Below are positions 31,489-41,068 of a stretch of 64,000 nt of DNA, piece by piece. The translations under genes and the position numbers were made by a program. Source of the stretch: an uncultured Acidobacteriota bacterium (GTDB taxonomy: Bacteria; Acidobacteriota; Thermoanaerobaculia; Gp7-AA8); assembly GCA_963822445.1 (NCBI GenBank), contig CAWGHO010000002.1, positions 960,001-1,024,000 on the forward strand, in the 5' to 3' direction. The notes below the pieces were generated by a model, which was given only the letters and a program-made list of their open reading frames with translations, ran no database searches and was not told the DNA's origin. Within the stretch, counting starts at the first letter, position 1. Each line of letters opens with the position of its first letter.

Positions 31489-31962
31489 ATGAAGAAACGC
31501 AACGCACTCATCGCAACGATCCTCGCCGTCGGCGTCCTGACGGTTGCCCCTCTCCTCGACGCGGCCCCGGGACGCCATCGCGGCCCTGGCGGGCACGGCG
31601 GTCCGGGCATCTTCGGCCATCTGAAGCATCTGCAGGAAGAGCTCGACCTCAGCCAGGCCCAGGTCGATCAGATTCGCGGAATCTTCGCCGAGCTGAAGAC
31701 GCAGAACGAGGGAAACCGCGAGCAGGTTCGCGGCGGATTCCACGCCGTTGCCGAAACGCTGCTCAAGAACCCGAACGACCTCTCCGCCGCGCAGGCGATG
31801 CTCGACCAGCAGACCGCCGCTGAGCGCGCCATGAAGGCGAACATGCTCGCCGCGACGGCCAAGGCCTTCAACGTTCTCACCGCCGATCAGCGCGCCGAGC
31901 TGGCGCAGATCATCGAAGACCGCGGCGAGCGCCGCCGCGAACGCCGCGGCAAGCGCCCGTAA
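31489..31962 (+). CDS. Spy/CpxP-family periplasmic protein
   Basis: AAGGA RBS, signal peptide, LDLSQAQ and VLTADQR (LTxxQ) motifs. Confidence 0.85.
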   Translation: MKKRNALIATILAVGVLTVAPLLDAAPGRHRGPGGHGGPGIFGHLKHLQEELDLSQAQVDQIRGIFAELKTQNEGNREQVRGGFHAVAETLLKNPNDLSAAQAMLDQQTAAERAMKANMLAATAKAFNVLTADQRAELAQIIEDRGERRRERRGKRP

Positions 31963-31971
31963 CATGCGTCG

Positions 31972-32523
31972 ATGTCCCTCGACCCTGCCGAAGAGCAGGA
32001 GCTGATCGCGGCATCGCAGAAGGGTGACACGGGGGCGTACGACGCCCTCGTGTCACACTATTTGAGGCGGGTGATCTCGATCGCGTGGGGCATCGTGAGA
32101 AACGCGCAGGATGCCGAGGATCTTGCTCAGGAGGCTTTCGTGAGTGCGTACCAGAACATCGGCCGGTTTCGCGCGGGAGAGCCGTTCGGGCCGTGGATCT
32201 TTCGTATCGTCACGAATCGCGCTCTCGACCTGATGAAGCATCGCAACAAGTTCAAGAAAGTGGAACTGGCCGGCACCGAGCCTGTCGCCCGACGCGACGA
32301 AGCACACCTCGGCGCCGAATCGAATGAGATCACCCGGCGCATCGACATGGCGCTCGACGAGCTTCCCGAGATGCAGCAGCTCGTGGCGCGGTTGCACCTG
32401 ATCGAGGAAATGGAGCATGACCAGATCGCGGCAGTCACCGGTCTGAGCGGCGGAACGGTTCGCTCGCATCTGTCACTGGCGCGAGCGAAGTTGAAGCAGA
32501 AACTGGCGGACCTCTATGAGTGA
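31972..32523 (+). CDS. ECF sigma-70 factor
   Basis: DAEDLAQEAF, FGPWIFRIVTN, GTVRSHLSLAR. Confidence 0.93.
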   Translation: MSLDPAEEQELIAASQKGDTGAYDALVSHYLRRVISIAWGIVRNAQDAEDLAQEAFVSAYQNIGRFRAGEPFGPWIFRIVTNRALDLMKHRNKFKKVELAGTEPVARRDEAHLGAESNEITRRIDMALDELPEMQQLVARLHLIEEMEHDQIAAVTGLSGGTVRSHLSLARAKLKQKLADLYE

Positions 32524-32809
32524 GAACGACCCATTCTTCGAGCGCCTTCGGGCGGACGCGCGGCCGTTGCGCTACGAGCCGGATGAATTCGCGCTGGCGC
32601 GGATCCGGGCGAACATCCGCGCGCGGCTCGAGCGTCCCACGGTCGCGCAGCTCCTCGCGGCGTGGTTCCGGCCCGTTCTCGCCACGGTCGCGCTTCTCGC
32701 GTCGATCGCGGTGTTCACGCTGACGAACCAGGAGCCGGCCGAGGAGAGCACGTTCGCCGAGGAGCGGCTGGAGATCGTGATGGCCGGAGACACGTATCGT
32801 GTCGACTGA
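32516..32809 (+). CDS. Small single-TM putative anti-sigma factor
   Basis: Overlaps the ECF stop; one TM helix. Confidence 0.65.
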   Translation: MSENDPFFERLRADARPLRYEPDEFALARIRANIRARLERPTVAQLLAAWFRPVLATVALLASIAVFTLTNQEPAEESTFAEERLEIVMAGDTYRVD

Positions 32810-33209
32810 CCGCAGCAAGACCAGGACGATCGTCATCGCCGCGCTGGCACTCGTCGTGACGTTCATCGCCGGATTCGTCGTCGGCGCGGTCGTCGATCGG
32901 TTCCTGACCATGCATCGCCCAGGGGTCCGTCGTCCGCCGGCGATGGTTGCCCACGCGATGCTCGAGCGGCTGGACCATCGTCTCGATCTCACCGATCAGC
33001 AGCGCGTGCAGATCGAGGCGATCCTCGAGAAGCGGCATGACCGCATCCATTCGCTGCAGGAGTCCATTCATCCGAAGGTGCAGGCGGAGATTCAGCAGAC
33101 CAACGCCGAGATCGAGCGCGTGCTCACGCCCGAGCAGCGGGAGAAGTTTCAGAAGCTGAAAATGCGGATGCATCCCAGAGGTAGAGGGCGAAAGGGATCC
33201 ACCAGATGA
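32799..33209 (+). CDS. Membrane-anchored LTxxQ (Spy/CpxP/heavy-metal sensor-like) protein
   Basis: N-terminal TM, LDLTDQQ, VLTPEQR. Confidence 0.78.
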   Translation: MSTDRSKTRTIVIAALALVVTFIAGFVVGAVVDRFLTMHRPGVRRPPAMVAHAMLERLDHRLDLTDQQRVQIEAILEKRHDRIHSLQESIHPKVQAEIQQTNAEIERVLTPEQREKFQKLKMRMHPRGRGRKGSTR

Positions 33210-33540
33210 AGTCGTTGGTCACGCAGAGGACGACGCTCTTCATCGGCCATGTGCCGTTCCAGAGCAACTGAGCGAGTCCGATCGGGCCGAGGACCTTCCC
33301 GAGGAGGCCTACCGCGGCGATGGCGAATCCGCGCTCCGGGTGACGCGCGACCTGCCAGTAGAGAAATCCGTAGACGCCGACCACCATCCCCAGGCAGGCG
33401 AAGATCTCCGGGTAGTTCATCGGCGGCATGCCGGCGAAGCGGAAGAGCCACTGCGGATCGGCCGCCGAATACGCGCCCCAGGCGAGGTTGTACGCGCCGG
33501 CGATCGCGAACACGACTTGATGGAAGCGGCGGCGCTTCAT
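33124..33540 (-). CDS. Small membrane protein
   Basis: Four TM segments; coupled to the upstream gene. Confidence 0.75.
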   Translation of the reverse strand: MKRRRFHQVVFAIAGAYNLAWGAYSAADPQWLFRFAGMPPMNYPEIFACLGMVVGVYGFLYWQVARHPERGFAIAAVGLLGKVLGPIGLAQLLWNGTWPMKSVVLCVTNDFIWWIPFALYLWDASAFSASETSPAARA

Positions 33541-34334
33541 GCGAGAAACTCCAACAGCTCCTCGTGATCAAAGACGCTCGGCGAGAGACAGCCTTTCAAT
33601 CCATCGAGCCGATGCAGGGCGAACACGAGCGGGAGGATAGCGAAACGCTGGTCCTTTCCGCGTGCAACGGCGACGCGATCACCGGCGCGTACTTCCACTC
33701 CGCCGCCGCTGCTGCCGAATTTGAAAGGCCTCGCCCACCTGCTGATCAACTTCGCGACACGGATTCGCGCGTTCGGCGGAAGCAGGCCAAGGACGCGAAG
33801 CATCGGCCCGGCGAGGGGCATTTCGAATTTCACGCGCGTTTCGGCGTCGATGCCCAGCTCGCGACGCAGCAGCTCGCGATTCGGGCTGACGAGATTCGCG
33901 GCGCTGCTCATCGCGGCGGCGCCTTTTTCGTTCGCGTTTCCGATCTCAAGGGTGATGGTCGCGTTCTTCGGCGCACCCAGTTTGCGCACGAGCGCCCCAG
34001 CGACTGCAGGAAAACTGGAGAGGCCGGGGATCACCGCGACTTCTTTTTCAATTGCGAGCGCGTTCAGCGCTTTGTCATCGAGGAGATCGAAGAACCAGCC
34101 CGCGTCGTCGGCGATGTCGAGCCAGTGCGCGCCTGCTTCGACAGCGTCACGCACCATTGCGCGATCGAGATCCTGAAACGGTCCGGCCGCGCAGGCCACG
34201 GCGTAGGCTCCACGGAAATCGAGGTGCTCGCGCGTTCCGGCGATGACTTCGAAGTCGTTTTCGAGCTCGCGCACCAGCAGCGAGCCGAAGACGCCGCGAG
34301 CGCCGATTACGACGACTCGCCGCTTCGAAGCCAT
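33537..34334 (-). CDS. Saccharopine dehydrogenase-like NAD(P)-binding protein
   Basis: IGARGVFG Rossmann motif, AAGPFQ, HWLDIAD, GLSSFPA. Confidence 0.8.
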   Translation of the reverse strand: MASKRRVVVIGARGVFGSLLVRELENDFEVIAGTREHLDFRGAYAVACAAGPFQDLDRAMVRDAVEAGAHWLDIADDAGWFFDLLDDKALNALAIEKEVAVIPGLSSFPAVAGALVRKLGAPKNATITLEIGNANEKGAAAMSSAANLVSPNRELLRRELGIDAETRVKFEMPLAGPMLRVLGLLPPNARIRVAKLISRWARPFKFGSSGGGVEVRAGDRVAVARGKDQRFAILPLVFALHRLDGLKGCLSPSVFDHEELLEFLA

Positions 34335-34915
34335 CGTGCGACGACCGTCATCCAGGCGATGAGGGAGATGAAAAGCAGCGCGGAGGTGATGGTCTGCAGC
34401 CGCGGATCGTGGCGCAGCGACGCGAGAGCCAGGGCGATGCCGCTTCCGGCGACCGGTCCCGCCAGCACCAACGCCAGTCTCGGCAAGACGCGCCAACCGG
34501 CGATCCCCAGCATCACAAACGCCGCGGTGTACAGGCCGTTCGCCGCGTAACCGATCAGCACTTCCAGCTCGCGATCGAGGCGCGCGAATTCATCGCCGCG
34601 AAGCTGGGGAAGGATGCCGATGTATTTCGCCTCGCAGGTGATGTCGAGCGCGAGACCAGCCGCCGCCACAGCCACCGCGGTGATGGAAAGGACGTCACGA
34701 AAACGGAGCGCGAGCGCGACGTACAAAGCGATCAGCGAGATCGCCGCCGCGTGCCACAACACCCACCCGCCCATCCACGCCAGCGGATGGGCGTTCATGT
34801 ACGCGAGCCGCTGTTCTTCGGGAAAGCCGGGCAGACCCTCGCGCAGAAACAGGAGCATGGCCGCCGCCGCGACGAAGTGCGCCGCCGCGGCGAACCATGC
34901 CACCCGTGCGTGCAT
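34307..34915 (-). CDS. Multi-TM membrane protein
   Basis: About six hydrophobic segments; operon position after cysK. Confidence 0.7.
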   Translation of the reverse strand: MHARVAWFAAAAHFVAAAAMLLFLREGLPGFPEEQRLAYMNAHPLAWMGGWVLWHAAAISLIALYVALALRFRDVLSITAVAVAAAGLALDITCEAKYIGILPQLRGDEFARLDRELEVLIGYAANGLYTAAFVMLGIAGWRVLPRLALVLAGPVAGSGIALALASLRHDPRLQTITSALLFISLIAWMTVVARWLRSGESS

Positions 34916-34924
34916 GTGCGAGCC

Positions 34925-35935
34925 CTACGCGGTCGGCGGTGCTGATGCCGCAGCCTGCTGCGCCGCCAGCATCGCCGGCGTCGTCGCGGGCTGATTCACG
35001 AGGTCGGTGTATTCGAACAGCGCCGTCGTCAGATACCGCTCGCCGGTGTCGGGAAGCACGGCCACGACGCGCTTGCCGGGTCCGAGCTCTTTCGCAATCT
35101 CGAACGCCGACCAGGCCACCGCTCCCGCGGAGATGCCGACGAAGATGCCCTCTTCACGAGCGAGCCGCCGCGCAACCGCGACGGCATCTTCGAACGCGAC
35201 GTCGATGATGCGATCGACGACGTCGGCGCGATAGATCGACGGAATCATCCCCGCGCCGATGCCTTGAATCTTGTGAGGGCTGTGCGTCCCGCCCTTGAGC
35301 ACCTGCGACTCGACCGGCTCCACGGCCACGACCAGCGCGCCTGGAATCTCTTTCTTCAGAATCTCGCCAACGCCCGTGACCGTCCCGCCGGTACCCACGC
35401 CAGCGACGAACGCATCGAGCTTCCCGCCGCAATCGCGAATGATTTCCCGCGCGGTGGTCTCGCGATGGACTTTCAGATTCGCGGGATTGTCGAACTGCAG
35501 CGACAACCACGCGCCGGGCGTCCGCTGCGCGTACTCACCGGCCTGCCGCTGCGCTTCTTTCACTCCCATCGGCGCCGGCGTCAAAAATAACTCCGCGCCA
35601 AGGGCCTGGAGGAGCTTGCGCCGCTCGACGGACATGGAGTCGGGCATGAACAGCGTGCACTTGTAGCCTTTCGCCGCGGCGACGAACGCCAGCCCGATTC
35701 CGGTGTTGCCGCTCGTGGCCTCGACGATGGTCGAGCCGGGCTTCAACTCGCCGGCCTTCTCCGCCTCTTCAACCATGGAAATGGCGATGCGGTCTTTGAC
35801 GGACGAGAGGGGGTTGAACGCTTCGAGCTTGACCACCACCTCCGCCGCGCCTTCCGGCGCAACGCGGTTCAGACGGACCATGGGTGTGTTGCCGATGAGC
35901 TGGGTGATGCTGTCGTAGATCTTCCCGTGTTGCAT
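34925..35935 (-). CDS. cysK: Cysteine synthase A
   Basis: SVKDRIA, EATSGNTG, GVGTGGT, HKIQGIG, DTGERY. Confidence 0.96.
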   Translation of the reverse strand: MQHGKIYDSITQLIGNTPMVRLNRVAPEGAAEVVVKLEAFNPLSSVKDRIAISMVEEAEKAGELKPGSTIVEATSGNTGIGLAFVAAAKGYKCTLFMPDSMSVERRKLLQALGAELFLTPAPMGVKEAQRQAGEYAQRTPGAWLSLQFDNPANLKVHRETTAREIIRDCGGKLDAFVAGVGTGGTVTGVGEILKKEIPGALVVAVEPVESQVLKGGTHSPHKIQGIGAGMIPSIYRADVVDRIIDVAFEDAVAVARRLAREEGIFVGISAGAVAWSAFEIAKELGPGKRVVAVLPDTGERYLTTALFEYTDLVNQPATTPAMLAAQQAAASAPPTA

Positions 35936-36105
35936 TGAGTCCTCCGCTTGGCGACGCTCAGTCTATCCTTCGCGCGGGGTGGCGGCTGGCGGGCGCGGAG
36001 GATCTACGGTTACACCGCGACGGCGGAGCCAGAGACGCTACACGTTAGGTCACATGGACCCGGTAACCGTAGATCCTCCGGCGCTGCTGGGCGAAGGATA
36101 CACGG

Positions 36106-36251
36106 GAGGCCTCCGGCGGCCGGGGCCACGGGCCCCGGACCCCGCTGGTTGGCCTAGCCTCCGCGACACTACTCCTCAGCAGCGACACTGTGTCGCGGAG
36201 GCTAGGCCAACCAAACGGGTCCGGGCCCGTGGCCCGGCCGCCGGAGGCCTC
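36106..36251. repeat. Long near-perfect inverted repeat (about 62-bp arms, 20-nt loop)
   Basis: GAGGCCTCCGGCGGCCG...GGCCTAGCCTCCGCGACAC and its reverse complement. Confidence 0.9.
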
Positions 36252-36272
36252 TGGTCGTTCCCTTTTGCGAGC

Positions 36273-36989
36273 CTAGTGAGCCACAGCAGCGCCGGACGCC
36301 TGGCCCAGGTACCGGTACCCGATCTTGGCCACGGCCACGATCACCGCGGCATCCGTCCCCACCGCCTTCTGAAGCTTGCGGCGCAGGCGGGTCACGTGCG
36401 TGTCCACCGTCCGGCTGTTCAGATTCAGATCGACGCGGTAGTTCCAGACTCGCGAGAGCAGCTCGTCGCGCGGCACGACCCGTTCCTTGTTCTTGAACAG
36501 GTACATGAGCAGATCGAACTCTTTCGGGGAGAGCTTCAGCTTCTGGTTGTTCGCCGAAGCCTCGCGCGTCGCCGGATCGAGGCGGATCAGCTCGTCCTCA
36601 CAGACCGTCTTCGCGGTCGACGTCACGGCCTCGCTGCGGCGCATCACCGCGTCGATGCGGGCGAACAGCTCCTGCACGCCGAACGGCTTCGTCACGTAGT
36701 CGTCCGCGCCGCCGCGGAGGCCGCGCACCTTGTCCGTCTCCTGGCCGCGGGCGGTCAGCAGGATCACCGGCACTTTCGACATCTTGCGGATGTGGTCGAG
36801 GACTTCGAAGCCGCTCTTCTTCGGCAGCATCAGGTCCAGCAGCACGAGATCGGGCGATTCGGCGTGGAACAGCCGGATGGCCTCCTCACCGTCGCCGGCG
36901 GTCACGGTTTCGTAGTTCTCGTGGCGGAGGTTGATCTCCAGCCCCTGCCTGAGGCCTGCCTCATCCTCCACGATCAGGATCTTCGTCAT
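36273..36989 (-). CDS. OmpR-family response regulator
   Basis: IVEDE, LLDLMLP, GADDYVTKPF, RTVDTHV..LRRKL. Confidence 0.95.
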   Translation of the reverse strand: MTKILIVEDEAGLRQGLEINLRHENYETVTAGDGEEAIRLFHAESPDLVLLDLMLPKKSGFEVLDHIRKMSKVPVILLTARGQETDKVRGLRGGADDYVTKPFGVQELFARIDAVMRRSEAVTSTAKTVCEDELIRLDPATREASANNQKLKLSPKEFDLLMYLFKNKERVVPRDELLSRVWNYRVDLNLNSRTVDTHVTRLRRKLQKAVGTDAAVIVAVAKIGYRYLGQASGAAVAH

Positions 36990-37037
36990 GTCATCGTCTC
37001 CGTTCGCATGTTACGGACGCTTGTTCGCAATAGTTTC

Positions 37038-38591
37038 TCAAAACGCAGCCTCGCGAGCCCGCGGCATAGCCACAACCTCCTCGGGCGCACTGAGCGCAAC
37101 CGGGAACATCAGGCGGAACGTCGAGCCCTTCCCCGCCTCCGACTCCACCGCGACCTGGCCGCCGTGGGCCTCGACGATCTGGCGCACCAGTGTGAGGCCG
37201 AGGCCGGCTCCGCGGCGGCTGATCGTGTCGGAGAACTTCGCGCGGAAGTACGGCTCGAAGATGTGTGACGCGTCCGAGCCCTCGATGCCGATGCCGCGAT
37301 CGCGGACCTCGATGATCACGTGCTCCGGCGTCTGGCGCAGGATCACGTCGATCGTCTTCGCGTCGTCCTTGTCCGGAGCCGAGTACTTGATGGCGTTGTC
37401 GATCAGGTTCAGCAGCGCACGCGAGACCGAATCGCGATCCCACATCTGCGCGCCGACCGTGTCGTCGATCTCCACGTTCACGGTGAAGCCTTTGCTCTGG
37501 ATCCAGGAGTCGTACGTCGTGACGAGCGTGCGAATCAGGTCACGCGGCTGCACGGTGGTGAAGGCCAGCGCCTTCTCCTGTTTGTTCTGGATGCGTGCGA
37601 CATCGAGCACGTTCTCGACGAGATGCGAGAGCAGGAGCACCTCGCGGAGGATCTGATCCTCGATCTGCACGCGCTCGTGGTCCTTCAGCTTGCGCTTCAG
37701 CGTTTCCGCGCCGAGGCGGATCATCGAGAGCGGCGTGCGGAGCTCGTGGGAAACGTTCGCGATCAGTGCGCCGCGCAGTTTCGCGGTCTCGGATTCCTTC
37801 TGCAGCCCGCGGAGCGCGAGGAGGGCGCCAACGCCGGTGAGGCAAAGGGCGAGGAAGCTGAGCCAGAGGCTGAGCAGGCGGTAGTTGCTCCAGCCCGTGC
37901 CGCCGACGTAGGCCGTGCGGACTTCCGCGCGGATTCCGAACTCCTCGAGCGGCTTCTCCAGTGGTGCGACGTAGACCAGGCCTTCCGGCACTTTGTGCAG
38001 TCCGTGTTGACGCGGTTTCTGCACGAGCGTCACGTCGCCGCGCTGCTTCGGGCCGGTGCGCATGAGGGGCTGCTGCCGCACGGTGGTGTGCACGGCGGCG
38101 AGAAGCCGGTTCGCGTCGTAGCGGTACTTGACCGATCCCGCCGCGGTGAAGAACTCGCCGGTCAGACTCACTTTCGGCGACGGGCGGTTCGCGAGCGACT
38201 CCGTGACGACGACCGAGCTGGCCGGATCATCGTCCGGCACATACACCGCGGCGACGATCCAGTCGTGAAGAAGGATCCATTCGCGCAGGAGGGAGAAGCT
38301 CGGCGCGCCGACGCGGCGCTCCATCTGCTGATATTCATCGGATGCGCGGGCCATCTCGGCGCGCGCTGCAGCGTCGACGCGGCGGGCGGTGATGTCGGCG
38401 GCATACGTCGCGTACTGCTCGGCGAGCGTCGTTGCCGTCTCCTCCATCTTCACGGAGAGGTAGTAGGAGCGCCAAGCCAGTGCGCCGAGGCCGAGGGAAA
38501 TGATGAGGAAGGGAAGGAGAATCGAGACGCGGTCGGGTCGGCCTCCACCGCGGGAGGCTCGTCTCAACTTCGCAAGAAGCTCGCGCACCAT
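37038..38591 (-). CDS. Membrane sensor histidine kinase
   Basis: Two TM helices, SHELRTPL, NLIDNAIKYS, DRGIGI, GAGLGL. Confidence 0.95.
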   Translation of the reverse strand: MVRELLAKLRRASRGGGRPDRVSILLPFLIISLGLGALAWRSYYLSVKMEETATTLAEQYATYAADITARRVDAAARAEMARASDEYQQMERRVGAPSFSLLREWILLHDWIVAAVYVPDDDPASSVVVTESLANRPSPKVSLTGEFFTAAGSVKYRYDANRLLAAVHTTVRQQPLMRTGPKQRGDVTLVQKPRQHGLHKVPEGLVYVAPLEKPLEEFGIRAEVRTAYVGGTGWSNYRLLSLWLSFLALCLTGVGALLALRGLQKESETAKLRGALIANVSHELRTPLSMIRLGAETLKRKLKDHERVQIEDQILREVLLLSHLVENVLDVARIQNKQEKALAFTTVQPRDLIRTLVTTYDSWIQSKGFTVNVEIDDTVGAQMWDRDSVSRALLNLIDNAIKYSAPDKDDAKTIDVILRQTPEHVIIEVRDRGIGIEGSDASHIFEPYFRAKFSDTISRRGAGLGLTLVRQIVEAHGGQVAVESEAGKGSTFRLMFPVALSAPEEVVAMPRAREAAF

Positions 38592-38608
38592 CGGATTTCA
38601 GCCATCGA

Positions 38609-39070
38609 TCAGTTCGAGCCTGCCGGATGCACGTGCGTCGCGAGATGGCCGGCGATGATCTTGTCCATCTGCTGCTTCGAGTACGGCTCGAGCCGGATGT
38701 CGAGCTTGCGGTAGCCGCCCTGGCGCCAGATGATCAGGCCGACCCGGCCCGTGTTGCGCGCATCGGCCACGAGCTGCTTGAAGTCGCGCGTGCTCGCGTG
38801 CGTCAGCGACTTGCCGTTGATGGCGATCAGACGGTCGCCGACGCGAAGGCCGGCCCGCTCGGCAGGGCTCTTCTCGGTGATCGACTTGACCACCAGGCCG
38901 GGCTTCTTTTCTTCGATCTGGGCACCGTGGTAGCGCCTGCCGCCGAGCATGTTGCGGATCTGCTGATCGCATTCACGAACGGCAACGTTGCACTTCAGAT
39001 CGTCGGCGTACACCGACGTGACGGCGGCGATGAGCCCCGCGATGGCGAGTCTGGAGAGGCGATGAACCAT
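38609..39070 (-). CDS. Small secreted PDZ-domain protein
   Basis: Signal peptide, SPAERAGLRVGDRLIAING. Confidence 0.85.
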   Translation of the reverse strand: MVHRLSRLAIAGLIAAVTSVYADDLKCNVAVRECDQQIRNMLGGRRYHGAQIEEKKPGLVVKSITEKSPAERAGLRVGDRLIAINGKSLTHASTRDFKQLVADARNTGRVGLIIWRQGGYRKLDIRLEPYSKQQMDKIIAGHLATHVHPAGSN

Positions 39071-39192
39071 TGGCTGAAATCGTGTTCCTTGACCGCTCGA
39101 CACTCTACGGCGGTTCCTCCGGAACGCCATTTACAAATCAGAAAAAGTCAGCTGAATTCCAATGAGTTACGAGGAAATTGACACGATCGCGC

Positions 39193-41046
39193 TCAGTGCG
39201 CAACAGCCCGCCTCCTGCCGGTCGGCGGGGGTGGTGGCGGTGGCGGCGGGGTGGTGTCGGGTCCGTAGACACGCAGACGGTAGCGGTCGGCAATGACCAC
39301 CTTCTCCCCGGCGACCGACATCTGCATCGGCGAGGTGACGGCCATGCCGGTCTCGACGAAGGCCGCCCCGTCCGGCACAGCGAGGGTGTGCAGGAGGCCT
39401 TCGCGAGCCGCGAACACGGTCGTGTCGTTCGTGGCCAGCATCTCCAGCCCGCTGAGCGGCACGAACCCGACGTGGCGCGGCACGAAGCGGTCTTCGGCGA
39501 CGCTGTAGATCGCCACGCCCTGCTTCGACCGCAGCACCACGTGGTGCGCGAGCGGCGCGTTGGGCGGCAGCGTCTCGAGCTGAAAGTACTGGCCCTGGTG
39601 CACCGTGCGATCGACGACCTTCGTGCGATCGGTGATGTCGATGGTGAGGAAGGTGGCCTGCTGGATCGTGTAGATCACGTCATCGCCGGCGGCGACGTCG
39701 AGATAGTGGAAGATGCGGCCGGCGATCTGAACGGGATTCTGCGGATCGCTGTAGTCGACGACATGCAGCCCGCTGTGCTGATTGGCCTCGACGAATGTGT
39801 CTCTGGCCAGGGCCGCGAAGCTCGGGGCGTGCCCCTGCGTGTGCCACTTGCCGATGATCTTCGGCGCGCGAGGGCTGGAGACGTCGATGAGCACGACCCA
39901 GGTGCGGCCGTAGTTGATGGCCAGTCCGTTCTTGACGCGGATGTAGTCCTGAATGTCCGGCACGACGATCGAGGCCATCTCCCGCGGCTCGGTGGTGGTG
40001 GAGATGTCGAGCACGCGCAGGTACGGCGCGTCGATGACGTAGGCAATCGAGCCGTCGGTCCAGACGCCGCTGATCGGACCGGCCAGATCGCGATATTCGC
40101 CGAGGTGCATGGCCGCCGCGGGATTGGTGGTGTCGAAGACGCGCAGCGGCGCGCCAGTCTCGAAGGTGAAGCCTTCGTCATCGACCGTCGCCCCGGCGAG
40201 GAAGACCAGCGATCCGCTCGCCGCGAGAACGTTGATCCACTCCGTCACCGAGCCGATCAGCCGCGGCTCGGAAGGCTTCGAGCCGTCGAAGATGTGCAGG
40301 GTGTCGGGCGCTTCGATCGCGTAGACCCGTGAGCCGGAGGCCGCGACGCGCGACAGGCGCAGCTCGCCGCTGCCCGTCAACCCCACCGTGCTCCGCGTAG
40401 CCACATCAATCGCAAACAATCCTCGGATATCCGCAGCAGCCCAGAGCGTCGAGCCGGAAAGCGCGAGGTCGACCGCGCTGACCGGGATCGTGTTCAACGT
40501 CTCGCCGCTGTTCACGTCGATCGCATGAATGCCCATCTGCTCGATCGCCGCGAACGCCACACTGCCGCTCAACTCCAACGCGCGAACGTTGCCGCTGAAT
40601 GAAATCTGCTGACTGATGACCAGGCCGTCCGCCGTCCGTTCGAGGACCAGCAACGTGCGATCGGTGACGGCGGCGACGCGGCTGCTGGAGGCGGCGATGT
40701 GCGTCACGCGTCCGGACACGTCGGTCGTCGCGAGACGGGACAGCGTGCCGTCGGCGTTGATGGCGAAGCGATCGATGCCTTTCGACGTCGCCACGACGAG
40801 ATCGCGATCGCCGGCCAGCGCCAGATCGACGGCCTCGCCGTCGCCATTCTCAACGTCGATTCTCTGGATCGCCGCGGGATTCGTTACGTCGTAAACCGAA
40901 ACGCCGCGGCCATCGGCGGCGTAGAGCAGGTTGCCGCGCAGCACGAACTGTTTGCTGATGCCGCGCTCACCCCAGATGCCCTGGGGCTGGGCGGCGGCGA
41001 GGCTCGAGAGAAGAGAGAAAAGAAAGAGGACGAGGAGTTTTCGCAA
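39193..41046 (-). CDS. Secreted LVIVD-repeat beta-propeller protein with poly-Pro linker and RRRAVAH tail
   Basis: TTG start, signal LRKLLVLFLFSLLSSLAAA, repeats VYDVTNP, VFDTTNP, LIDVSSP, VVDYSDP. Confidence 0.85.
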   Translation of the reverse strand: MRKLLVLFLFSLLSSLAAAQPQGIWGERGISKQFVLRGNLLYAADGRGVSVYDVTNPAAIQRIDVENGDGEAVDLALAGDRDLVVATSKGIDRFAINADGTLSRLATTDVSGRVTHIAASSSRVAAVTDRTLLVLERTADGLVISQQISFSGNVRALELSGSVAFAAIEQMGIHAIDVNSGETLNTIPVSAVDLALSGSTLWAAADIRGLFAIDVATRSTVGLTGSGELRLSRVAASGSRVYAIEAPDTLHIFDGSKPSEPRLIGSVTEWINVLAASGSLVFLAGATVDDEGFTFETGAPLRVFDTTNPAAAMHLGEYRDLAGPISGVWTDGSIAYVIDAPYLRVLDISTTTEPREMASIVVPDIQDYIRVKNGLAINYGRTWVVLIDVSSPRAPKIIGKWHTQGHAPSFAALARDTFVEANQHSGLHVVDYSDPQNPVQIAGRIFHYLDVAAGDDVIYTIQQATFLTIDITDRTKVVDRTVHQGQYFQLETLPPNAPLAHHVVLRSKQGVAIYSVAEDRFVPRHVGFVPLSGLEMLATNDTTVFAAREGLLHTLAVPDGAAFVETGMAVTSPMQMSVAGEKVVIADRYRLRVYGPDTTPPPPPPPPPTGRRRAVAH

Positions 41047-41068
41047 GCGGCCGTGGTCGCTGCAAACT

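Noticed and set aside
28363-31965. 1200-aa ORF as one giant protein
   Set aside because: Composite of antisense sequence over the Spy-like gene, the N half of the frameshifted 30066-31389 gene, an off-frame stretch, and the real 28363-30069 gene.
39224-39256. GGT/GGC triplet run as a DNA repeat element
   Set aside because: It is the poly-proline linker codons of the minus-strand gene.
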